Below, piece by piece: positions 11,633-23,215 of a DNA stretch of 64,000 nucleotides. The stretch lies in contig NC_043008.1 in NCBI RefSeq assembly GCF_006345805.1, positions 20,026,001-20,090,000 on the forward strand, given 5' to 3'. The DNA is from Octopus sinensis (Eukaryota). Both the position numbers and the translations under genes were made by a program. Every line of letters begins with the position of its first letter. The stretch's first letter is position 1. The notes beneath the pieces were generated by a model, which saw nothing but the letters and a program-made list of their open reading frames with translations, made no database searches and was not told the origin of the DNA.

Positions 11633-13194
11633 TTTCGCTCGTTCATATATTAAAAATACATCTCACTACTTATGAATAGTGTTTCATTTTTGTATTTACC
11701 ATAACACTATATATACGATACCAGTACGTTCTCATTCTGTTATTTACCTTCTTAAAGCTTTCATTAAATTCAGTTTCTAAAGATTCATCTTACTATAAAA
11801 ATCCAAGATACTTCAACTTGTTTGACTCGAAAAATATCTCTTAGTCAATGACACGTTTATTCTATCCGCTTAGTCGGTCTTCCTAATCCTCGTTTTATTG
11901 ATGTTTATCATTAAGAGATTATGTTTGCCTATTTCTTCAAAATTGTATGTAATTCTTCATGTTTTTGATGTTGCATTGCTAAACTTAAGAATGTCATCTG
12001 CATAATCTAATTACATCAAATGTTTTCAATTTTAAAACATTTCCCTTCATCACAGATTATCTTCTTCATGCTTCATTTAATTATAACATCGAGGCGATAA
12101 AAGATGTCGCAATAGCGCCTCCAGTCACATTACTTAATCTACAGAGTCAATAAAAGTATGGCTGTGATCAAATATTTTAAAGATATTACATTGAGTGAGA
12201 TATTTCTCTAGACATACTGCGAGATAAAACATATATAAAACGTAACCCATGGCATCAGTCAGCTAAAGTTAATTCTCAAAAGATCTTGACTTTCTTGTTG
12301 CTACAATAAAATGAACACTGCTAGCGCTCGACAATGGATGAAACTTTTATACTCGCTATGTTCAAATTTTTTCATTAGGTGTATCTGAGATGGATACTTT
12401 CTCACAATACATTGAATATCTTAACGTTTCATTTGCTCTTCCGTGAACTAATTAAATTTGCCACTTGACATAAAAACAATGAATTGTCTTTAGGCTTTTG
12501 CTTTTCTTAACGTAAATCAATTCTCTTTAATTACAAACAATAGAGCAAATATGAAGGCAATATATATAAATTCAAAATCATATTATGGTAACTGAGCTGA
12601 TGCCAATTCTTAAGAAAAATCGCAGACAGTTTGGAAATAAATTTCAGTATATATAATTATATCATTTATTAAGAATTCATTGAACAAATTATGTTTTAGC
12701 GCCAACAACTGACAGTTAAGCAGGAATTTTGCCATCATGTTACTGTTTCCCTTGTCCATATTGGTACATAAAAAAACTAAGATTCAGATCCTAAATATGT
12801 ACTCAAAATTAGGCAGAAAATCAAGAAACAAACGCAGAAATACGATATTTTAAGCGGGCAGATAGTTCAAACCTCTGATATATGGAATGCATTTGAAAAA
12901 GCACTGCAAATTCATACACACTCATACATAAGATTAGGTGAATTGATAGAAACGTTGGTTGCACTTATTACGAGTATCACCTAGGAAATCAAACACGTGT
13001 GGTTTGTTTTTTTTGTTTTCAAACAAATAGCAGAAAACACAGCGATACCTCGGATTTATTCAATTGAATAAATTCATGCATTTTCTCTTCTTGCATATCT
13101 CGAATTTTATCTAGCACAAATCTATACATTTACATGCATACGCACATAGATGTGTATCTATGTATACAAATCTATATAAGTGTATATACATATA

Positions 13195-13195
13195 C

Positions 13196-13284
<89 letters not shown>

Positions 13285-13325
13285 AATACACACACACATA
13301 CGCACATATATATATATATATATAC
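13195..13325. repeat. (TA)n/(CA)n microsatellite
   Basis: Directly visible. Confidence 0.95.
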
Positions 13326-14699
13326 ATATGAGTCGGCAAATGAAAGAAAGTAACACTCAGTGCATTTTGTAGTTTTCACATATGCTATTTAATAAACGTT
13401 TGACTCAGCTCCATGGAACATAATGTTTAGTAGGTTCGCACAACGAAACTAATTTGTCAGGCATCTGGAAGTAGACTAAGAGAATATGAAACAGATTCAA
13501 GGTAATTTCTAGATGTTAGGTTTGTCCATGTTAGGTCAGACCGTAAACGGAAGAAAGGTAGATAGGGAAAGATAATCTGACGGAATTATTCATTTAAGGA
13601 AAACGTTTCAACGAAAATAGCTAGGATTTTCTTGACACTAATTTTAAAAAATATTTACGAAGAAAATATGAATGTTATAAAATTTTCAACACTAATAACG
13701 TCAAGGTTAGTTACTCCTGCATACGCAGCTAATATCGCGCGGTACAATAAATGCAAACACATACCTAAGCAGCAGCCGGCAATACATACCCCACTATGTA
13801 AAAGGCGAAATTCTACTAAATGCCCATTGAGAAGTTGTTTCATCTCAGAGGCTGTGATCGACAGAGTCACCCTCATATCAGCAACTATCCGATGATACTA
13901 CATGACAGCCAATGACTTTAATGGAAGTTATACACCGCATATGCGATCTTTCAGATGTGGGGATAGGTAAAAATCTGCCTCCTGGTTTTGCTTTGTCATT
14001 AGACTCCGTGGATATCAACACAACTTCCCGAATTCGAATAGCGTATAAGTGATCGAGCCCATATGTACTTACAATTGCCAATTTTGCAATATCGATCAAC
14101 TAGAAGAGTGAAATATATTTTTGTTGTCACCAAAAGTACTTGTTATCAACAAGGAAGTGGTAGACGACCATACATGCTTACCGCCTTATCCTGGCTGCTC
14201 TATACTCAAAGGCACACTACATGAGCTCTGCAACACGTATAGACAGCAACCCTGTTTATGATGACAATCTGGACTTGCTTTAACAAATCATTCAGCACTA
14301 CTAAGTCATGGTACTCCCACGGAGTACTCAGTTAGTGCTATAGACTTACTTCTCCACAAACTCACGTGAACGGGCGTAAGAAATCCACATGTAGCTTTGT
14401 TGGTGGAGAATATAAAAGTATTTGCTAAATATTAAATTTGTGACATTCTGAAATATTTGTCATCAGAAATGTTCCTATATAATTGTATAAAAATACCACA
14501 AAGCATCTAATCACATTTTGCTGTTTTGTTGATTATTGCTCCGTGTCCGGCCAATAAAATATCCTAGTTTTAGATTTGTAACATTTATCTCAAATATATG
14601 GATAATAAATCCCCGAGAAGATGAGTTGAGCCCCAAAACTCAGTTGCTGCAATTGTTGTTGATGTATCAGTTTTGATGACAATTTCTAGGCTACTGAAG

Positions 14700-14912
14700 A
14701 CGACGATCTGGCAGTATCGTCAGCATGCTAAGCAAAGTGCTTAGCGGCATTTTGTCTGTCTTCACGTTCTGAATTCAAACACCGCTATGGTTGCCTTTGC
14801 TTTTCATCCTATCGGGGTCGATAGAATAAATACAAATTGACCAATGGAGTCTATGTAATCGACTTTTCACTTCCCCTAAAATTGCTAGCCTTGCGCCAAA
14901 ATTTGAAATCAA
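14700..14912 (+). mobile_element. SINE family B (B2 tail)
   Basis: cgttctgaattcaaa B box, ttgcttttcatcctatcggggtcgatag core, ccttgcgccaaaatttgaaatc tail. Confidence 0.85.
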
Positions 14913-16304
14913 TATTTGGGCCACTCGACTGAAGTCGACTAAATCCTTGCTATTGATTCCCAAAGCTGAAAACAATTAATGACCATTGATAGATATTTAT
15001 GCAGGAAAATGTACTAGATACTTAACAGAAATGAACATTTCTAATGACTGAACAGTTATAAGTCTTCATCGTACATATAAAATTCTTATTTCGAATCTAA
15101 ACTTGAAACCAGTTAAAGTCATTACACAGGCAATAATGTTATTTTTTTCAAATGCTCTTTTTAGAACAGTTTCATTATTGACACTTTTGTTGAATGTCTG
15201 TCTAGAAATATTTGCTTCAACCTGCATTTGAGTTTCCTTCAGTTGTTTCCATATTTTGCTTAAACATTGGGACAGAGGTTGGGCAATAATTCCTCTTTGT
15301 GACCATCACTCATGTGGGAAATATTGTTTAAAATTGTCTTTGACATTATATATCATAAAAGTACCATTTTCTTGGATTTATCATTTAGCTTATATAGAAG
15401 GTGAAATTAGGATGTGAGATGTAAACCTGGGATTTGTAATTGTCAATCATTCCAGATTCCTATGAAATCAGTGACGAATATTAAACATATAAAGGGGAAA
15501 TGGAAATGTTGCATGAAATTTCATCTTGTATTTGACTTATGACTGTTATATGAGAAGCGACTTAAGTTCTATCATGTACTTGTCACTTTCTTTTAAGTCT
15601 CAGTAATTATATCAACAAAATATTTCTCAACCAAGGAAATCAAATTATTTATCTCAACTGATTTATATTCCATAAAATCATTCTTATGTTTTGATAAAGA
15701 CACTTGAAATATTTCATTCATAGTGAATTCTATATTGTGTCATAGAGAAAGAAAATTACCTGCTTGCTTTCCAGCTATGGAATTTGACTTCTGTTAAATG
15801 CAGGCCTTAATTTAATAAATAAATTCGAAATTTGGATAATTGTCTGAACTAGCACACTATTTCATTGTGTAACATTGTTAATAACGAATTCAGACAACAA
15901 CGATTTGAAATATCTCGTCTTTCTACGTTTCTGTCTGCAATTTTTTTTCTTTTTTTTTTTTTTTGTTACATCTAATTCAATCACCAATGCTTACCAGAAT
16001 ACAGACCTCTGAAATAATATGGTCACGGTTATTCCAGACTTGAAATAAGCGAGGTCTGTGTTCAGAACACTGTTACCCGGACGAGATATATATTTCACGT
16101 ATTCACACTTGTGAAACTATTCCTCATATCTATAACCTTGAACTAGAATCTGTAAACGCATAAGGTTGTGTCTTGTAATTATCATATCAAAAAAAAAAAT
16201 GGAATTCATATCCGTCTGATTGGTCAATGTTTCTTTAAATGTTGGAACAACTAAATCTATTTTGTTCATGAATTTGGAAATTATTTGTTACCATTTATAG
16301 AATT

Positions 16305-16450
16305 GTTATTAATTATTTTATCTTCTATCTTTTACTTGTTACTGACATTAGAATACGGTCATGCTGGAGCACTATTTTCAAGGGTTCAGTCGAAAAAATC
16401 GACTCCAAACTTATTATTTAAAGCTTGGTATTTATTCTATAGGCCGTTTT
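16305..16450 (-). mobile_element. SINE family A 3' fragment
   Basis: ttttacttgtt...cggtcatgctggagcac matches the reverse-complement family A tail. Confidence 0.7.
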
Positions 16451-16789
16451 TGTCGAATAGCTGGATTACGGAGGTGGGGGTTTTAACCAAACTAAAACAA
16501 AATGTGAGACCCAAATGTACATTACATAGATATGTACGCAGACGCACACATGCAAACACATCCACATACATATATATGGTACAAACACATATATATATTA
16601 CAAAAATAAAACAAAAAAAAAGTGATGAGATAAAAGAAAAACCCAAACAAGCGAGATGTATTATGCTGTCGCACAGGAAAATTAGAAGTATTTAACATTT
16701 GGAGCCTACGCTCTTATACGGAAAGGATATATACGACAGCCTTTTTTCACTTTCCGTCGATCAGAATCTACTCACGTGGTTTTGCTGTA

Positions 16790-17185
16790 GGCTAGACTAC
16801 CTACATGGTTATTGATAGCAATGTAGCAGCACTTCTGTCCGGGACATGAACTAACACACATATTAACGTCCCACGTGCTACCATTCCAAGTACCCATTGG
16901 CCCGCCTGTTAACGACCTCTGTGATATTTGTGATGCATGATCTTTGATTCGTCTCTCTCGACGACGACATCCTGTCCTCCAAGTTGAACAGGATCGTCTA
17001 CGCACCACATGGCACAATTGTCCCCCCAAAATTTTTACCCATTGACAATTGCTTCCGATGCGATCCTAAATTCTTTCATAACCACCGACTGTTTACAATC
17101 CATTTCAGTTCAGTAATATATTAAAATGAGAAGCTGTGCCATCGATAGACGGGCACCCGACAAAAAAAAAGAATTTTCTCTTCAA
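16790..17185 (-). pseudogene. Merlin/IS1016 (ISXO2-like) DDE transposase remnant, copy 1
   Basis: Translation AMWCVDDPVQLGGQDVVVERDESKIMHHKYHRGR*QAGQWVLGMVAR matches the Merlin IGG...VEIDESKF..RKYHRGR....WVFG motif; homologous to 22830-23165. Confidence 0.8.
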
Positions 17186-17832
17186 TTCAGTGGGATTGAA
17201 CCCTGTCCCATTTAATTCGGAAACAAATTTCTTACGTCACAACCAGCTCTGCATCTATCTTGATACGCTAGTCAAGAAGCTGGAAATGTTCGTTCACCGG
17301 TATATGATTTGTTTCTCTATATGTCTTCTATCACAGATAAATATTTCAAGTAAAGAATTTATATTCATTGAATTATAGTCCTGAAAACAATAAAGTAATT
17401 GTCCAGCTATATTGCGGCTAAATCATATCTATAGGAAGGCAAAACAATCGAATCATTGTTCTTGTCTCAGTGACAAAACCTTGCCATTTTAACGGAAAGA
17501 TAGTTTAAGAAATACTTTATAACAGTAATTAATAATGTAAGTAAAGCGATTCGACTTCCGCTTAGAATCGTATAAATGTGAAGTCATCTTTCTTTGCTGT
17601 GCTGTACACCACTAACTTATATATGAATGTGTGTGTGTATGTATGTATGTCATTGTTCAGTTTTATTTCAAGATTTCTTGCCAATAAAATGTCGGTTGCT
17701 AAACTAGGTCCAAGGCTCCTTCATTGGAATTTCAGCATCAACGACAGGGTGTTTATTGTATGTATATGTGCAGATTTGTATGTTTTGTTTTATGTATGTA
17801 TTCTCATGCATATAGTTGCATATCTAGACATG

Positions 17833-17888
<56 letters not shown>

Positions 17889-18276
17889 AATGATAAACTT
17901 TTGGCAAGTTGTACAGATTTTTACAATTACAATGATGAACTGGGGCTGTAGTCTTCGAAGTGGCTTTCTCCTTTCTGGTTTTTAGAAGTTTAATTTCTCA
18001 AGACTGGTATTTAGGCAGGGTGTTACATATCGCAGAGCCCCAATAGTTACATGTATAAATCTGAACTTGTAATCTAGATAGAGTAACTGCGGATTCCTAA
18101 ATAGTTCAGCGTATGTATTCTGTTTTTCACTGATCTTCAGGGCAGCTAATTTCCACAACTGTGCACAGTTTATCTTCTCTACATGTATCTTTGTATGTAT
18201 GTATGTATGTATGTATGTATGTATGTATGTATGTATGTATGTATGTATGTATGTATGTATGTATGTATGTATATAA

Positions 18277-18600
18277 AGGTGCATGGCTTAGTGCTTAGGA
18301 TAGTCGGGTCACGATCGTAACGTTGTTAGTTCGATTACCCCCTGCGCGCAGTGTCCTTGACTAAGACGCTTTATTTCACGATGATACAGTTCACTCAGCT
18401 GTTAAAAATGCACTGTACCTGTAATACTAAAGGGGACGGCCTTGTCACATTCTCTGTCACGCCGAATCTCCCTAAGAGTTACGTTAAGGGTAGGTATGTC
18501 ATTGGAGTTTTCAGTGACTTTCACGTTGGTTCCACGAGGACGCTGTGGCGTTGATGAGATCAGCTGAAATCCTCGTCATCGTGACCGACGTAGTGTCAGT
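18277..18600 (+). mobile_element. tRNA-derived SINE family D, copy 1
   Basis: tggcttagtgcttagg (A box) and gttcgattaccc (B box), then gtgtccttgactaagacgctttatttcacg...cagttcactcagctg. This central block resembles CORE/Meta-type SINE domains (from recall, not searched). Confidence 0.75.
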
Positions 18601-18675
18601 TATGCATGTATATATGTGTATGTCATTATGTTTGTACGTATGCATGTATGTTTATGTGTGGGTCTGCGTGTGTAA

Positions 18676-18707
<32 letters not shown>

Positions 18708-18924
18708 GGAAGAGATTCTCTCTCACTAGGTTAAAAGTTACAAACATTTCTAGCTTATCTTCATAACTATAGCAACACTCAGGATACTTATTGATCAGAC
18801 CGCGTAGTCGTGCGTTTATGAAGATGGCTTTAGACCCTCTTGACTCGCGATTAAATCTAATTACCTTATGTATTGTTGCCACTTCATAAGCCCCGTGAAT
18901 GCGATTGCAAATGTTACTGATGTG

Positions 18925-19215
18925 AAGGCGTGTGGCTTAGTTCTTAGGATATTTGCCACGCAGTCTTAAGTCTGTGAGCTTCATCCCGGCTGCGAATTAT
19001 ATTTTTGACCAAGACACTTATTTCATATTGCTCCAATTCACTCAGCTGGCAAGAGCTAGCCGTTTACATTCTATCGTCACGCTGAATCTTCCTGAGAACT
19101 ACGTTAAGGTTACTCGTGTCTGTAGAGTGCTCAGCCATTTTAACATTAATTTCACGTGCAAGATGTACCATTAATCAGGTCAACTGGAACTTTCGTCGTT
19201 GTAACCGAGGGAATG
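18925..19215 (+). mobile_element. SINE family D, copy 2
   Basis: Homologous to 18277-18600 (tggcttagttcttagg, caattcactcagctg, gaatcttcctgagaactacgttaagg). Confidence 0.75.
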
Positions 19216-19729
19216 CCAGGTTTAACTGATAGAATTTAAAGCTCTGACCGTTTTATATTATCAAACGAGAATCGTTATCAGTGGCCGTTGTAGAAAGTGC
19301 AGAGCCCTGCTTATATGTACCTCACCGCATGTCCACACCTTAACGCCCGTCCACCTTGGACGAAGTGAGGGTTTACGTACAATTGCGGGAACTCCAGCTT
19401 CTGTGGCCGAACCACTCGTCCAGGAGGAACGCCATCGCGCTACTCTGTATTGACAGACGCGACGAACAACGACCTCACCTAATTTCGACGCTTTGATGAA
19501 TAACCAACTACCCAGCACTGGTGTATTTCTAGTAGAAGCCGATTTGATGCTATTATATGGGCTCAGCTCATGTGTTCATAATCCATCTATCTTATCCTCC
19601 AAAAAAAAAAATCCTCCACTAATAAACAGCAATACTGATATTATTGGTCAGTCCTCATATTACAATACTATGAACTATTTAAGGTGCAAAGCTGGGCGAA
19701 CCGTTACCACATCAAAGAAAATTTCATCA

Positions 19730-19905
19730 GGAAAGAGAATAGCAATTTTTCTTCCGAACAATTACCCTCTGAGTTCAAATTCCTCAGATGCCGATTTCGA
19801 CCTGCATCTTTTCCGATCATTAAGAAAAGTATCTGTGAGCATTGGGATTGATGTATGCTACTTCCCCTTCCCTTCCGCAAAATTATTAGCTTTGTACCAA
19901 ATTAC
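19730..19905 (+). mobile_element. Decayed SINE family B (B2 tail)
   Basis: ctgagttcaaattcc B box and aaaattattagctttgtaccaaatt tail. Confidence 0.6.
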
Positions 19906-21009
19906 TAATAAATTAGTAATAAAATAAACTTTACATATCTCTATTTGCATCTAGGCTATATCATAGTTGTGCTTTTGAAAATGATCGGTAATTAGTGCAG
20001 ATTTTTGAAATCAAATTGGAAATTTCACCTCCTACGTTGCAGAGTATTTTCCCCTTTGGGAACGTACGATTCGCTACTCTAGACTGGTTTGAAGGAATTT
20101 TTAAACTAATTTTTGTGTCATTGCTAGCTCTATTTTGGGTCTTTTATTCCTATGGATTTATAATGAGCATTTTTTGGTAGTTTCTTTACCAGATGGTTCT
20201 GGAATATTTATTATATTTCCCTCAAATACAATCACTAGATTTTTCAGTTTCGATTTATCATTTATCCTTTCTGATACACAGCGTTTACGACTCCAGTAAC
20301 ATTGAACTTATTAATAGTAGTATCATGAATTTATATTATGTTGGTTTTAATGGTGGGGCAGAACTTGCAGGAATATCGAAGCGATAATTTAAGCATTCGT
20401 TGTGTGTGTGTGTTTGTGTGCGCGCGGTTCATGCCCATTGCTATTTTTCGCAATTTATTTTCTGTTGTTTTTTCGGTTGGCACAGGTGAGAGTAGCAGTG
20501 GTAGTGATTCATTGAAATCTGTTCATTTGTGGTGGTTTTGTAATTGTTGTTGTTGTTGTTGTCGTCGATGTTGCTCTTGTTGGTCATACATTCAATGTTA
20601 ACTGCTAGTAGTGGAAAAATAAATATTAAATTGGCTGTTGGAAGAGTTAATAACCCACCACGCAATTTGCGAAGCCCTATTTATTTTTCGTTTTTAAGAT
20701 ATAATATTCCAATTCAAAAACATTCAAAATTTGCCTCGAAGGGACACGTATTTCACAAAGCCGGCTAGCCTCCATGAATACTGGTTAGCTTTTTCTCAAA
20801 AAGGTACAACAAAAGCCGAAATTACTTTGTTTAAAGACAACAATTACGACGAAAATAATATTTCCAGCCTTAGCAGTGGCTAGATGTGTTCTTCACTGCT
20901 CTAAACAGTCAGCAGCCGAAGACACAGACACACTAATATAACCCAGTCTCTCAAAGACTGGCATATCTATAATTTCCTCTGAGCATTTTAAATCTATCTC
21001 AAAATAAGT

Positions 21010-21400
21010 TAAGAAACAAACATATCTACAGTTTTCGAATACACAAACGATCAGCTTTAAAAACTTGGATATCTACAAATTCTATGAATACCTAACCTTT
21101 ATTTTCTCCCTGAGTATTCGAAAATGCAAACAACCTTTCTATTCTAAGAACGCTACAGTTTTCTCTGTGCGGTCATACAAAAGACCTTCTTTAGTAAATC
21201 TTAAAACTTTAATATCTACAACTTTTCGTGAAAAGTTTCCTCTCCTTTTCTTTACTTTCCTTTCTCCATGAGTATTTCAAAACGTAAACATCGTTTTTTA
21301 TTGCAGAAACACTACCGTTTTCTCTAATTTGGACATACAAACGAACATCTCTGGAAAACTTAATATCTTTAATATCTACAATTTTTGGCGATCTTTCGTT
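21010..21400. repeat. Decayed tandem repeat, period ~145-150 bp, about 2.5 units
   Basis: aaaactt..atatctacaa recurs at ~21060, ~21203 and ~21355. The tgagtatt..aaaa...ctac.gttttctct...catacaaa block is shared by the first two units. Confidence 0.6.
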
Positions 21401-21489
21401 TTGAGTCGAAAAATGTAGTTTCTATGAGCACGTGTTGTCTTGTCAACTGTCAGTTGAGGTATCGAAATGGGAAGATTAAGTTAATGGGT

Positions 21490-21985
21490 TGTGTGTGCGG
21501 ACTTGTTCTTGTTTGCGTGCGTGTATGTTTCTCTGTGTGTGTAGTGCGTGTTATTGTTTGTGTGTGTGTGCGTGTGCGTGTGCTTGTTCCTGTTTGTTTG
21601 TGTGTGTGTGTGCGCGCGTGAAAGCCTGTTCCTCTGTCTGTATGTACGTGCTTTGTTTATATGTGTGTGTGTTTGTTTCATGCTTGTTCCTCTGTGTGTG
21701 TGAGTGCGTGCTTGTTCCACAGTCTGTGTGTACGTGCATGTTCTTGTTTGTATGTGTTTGTTTGTGTGTGTGCGTGCTTGTTCCTCTGTTTGTGTACGTA
21801 CGTGTTCTTGTGTGTGTGTGTGTTTGTGCGTGCTTATTCCTTTGTGCTTGTGTGTGTGCGTGCTTGTTCCTCTGTGTATGTGTTTGTTCTTGTTTGTGTA
21901 TTTGTGTGTGCGTGCGTCTTCATTTGTGTGTGTGTGTGTGTTCATTTGTGTGTGTGTGTATGTGCCTGTTCTGTTTTTATGTATT
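21490..21985. repeat. Complex TG-rich minisatellite with recurring (TG)n-cgtgcttgttcct units
   Basis: The gcttgttcc/ttcttgttt core recurs roughly ten times between short TG tracts. Confidence 0.85.
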
Positions 21986-22559
21986 TATGTGTTGTGGAAT
22001 GTAGATATAACGAAATTACGCTAACAATGTCGCATTTTAAGCCTCAAGGAGAAAAGCCTTGCATATTTTTTCTTGCCTGCTTCATGTGTGTATGTGTTTT
22101 CCAAGCAGAAAACAAGAACGCCGTATCAGTTATAGCAGTAATTTTTTTAACCACTAAAGAGCAGAAATATTGCAACATGCATGGAGAAAAGGAGGGACTA
22201 AACAACACATTTTATGAAATTCATAGAAAACATTTTTGAAGTTTAAATTAGACAGTATAATACTCCCTAATACATTTTATGAAAGTCATAAAAGCATTTA
22301 TTGTTGTATTTCGGAATGGTTATTTTGTCAGTTTAGCAAATAAAAACACACACACACTATATTTTTGGTGTTACTTTGCTTCAGCGTTATATATGTTTTT
22401 ACATTAATCATAATCTTTTTTCGGTCAGAGTTCTTTCGTCACACTCCTGTGACCGCATCAGTGGTCCTTTGCTTTCTTCTTTCTTATTATTTGTGTGTCT
22501 CTCCTTACTAACCGTCAGCCATTTTGTATTTCTATTGCATGTGTCTTCATTTGCGCATG

Positions 22560-23215
22560 CGTATATATAAACGTAACATAAAAGCATTATTTCTGTTATA
22601 TCATCAACTAAATTCCAACACATACGTAGAAAATAACGCATCTGATGTTCCATACATGTTGCGACATTTCGTCTTTACGTAGCTCCATAACCCCTCCACC
22701 GTGTTTGTGTGGAGCGTAGGGTCCTTGGATTCGACAAAATGGGCACTGTGTTTCACTGTTGAATGACATGGCAAAGCATTATATGTCTGCCAGTAGTCAG
22801 TCACAATCATAGTCCCTGACAGCACATGATCATTGATAGCAATGTAGCAGCACTTCTGTCCGATACAGGAACTAACACACATATTAACGTCCCACGCGCT
22901 ACCATTCCAATTACCCACCGGACGATAACGACCTCTGGGCTATTTTTGATGCATAAACTTTGATTCAGGTATGTCTATGCACCACATGGCAGAAATGCCT
23001 CGAAAGTAATTATACCAACTGAAAATTGCTTCCGATGCGACCCCAACTTCTATCATAACCACCGACTGTTTACAATCCATTTCAGTCCAGTAATATATTA
23101 AAATGAGAAGCCGGGCCATCGATAGATGGGCACCCGAAAAAGAAAAAGAATTTACTCTTAAACTCCGGATATCTCCACATTCGGACACATTTTTCTTCGG
23201 CGTTAGGATCATCGA
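22560..23215 (-). pseudogene. Merlin/IS1016 DDE transposase remnant, copy 2
   Basis: ORFs 22604-22918 (MIVTDYWQTYNAL..HSTVKHSAHFVE...HTNTVEGLWSYVK...YGTS...TYVLEF) and 22940-23212 (LILIYYW...IFSWYNYFR) carry the ISXO2-like transposase motifs. Confidence 0.88.

Noticed and set aside
13850-14310. Possible AP-endonuclease (LINE) remnant (NDFNG, ATRID, TNHSAL)
   Set aside because: Motifs are short, in different frames and mis-spaced; not supportable without a profile search.
15761-16011. Minus-strand micro-exon candidates (15761-15791 and a 14-nt one near 15995-16008) and a loose hairpin at ~15997-16063
   Set aside because: Such short AG/GT-bounded segments arise by chance in AT-rich DNA; the hairpin has a large asymmetric bulge.
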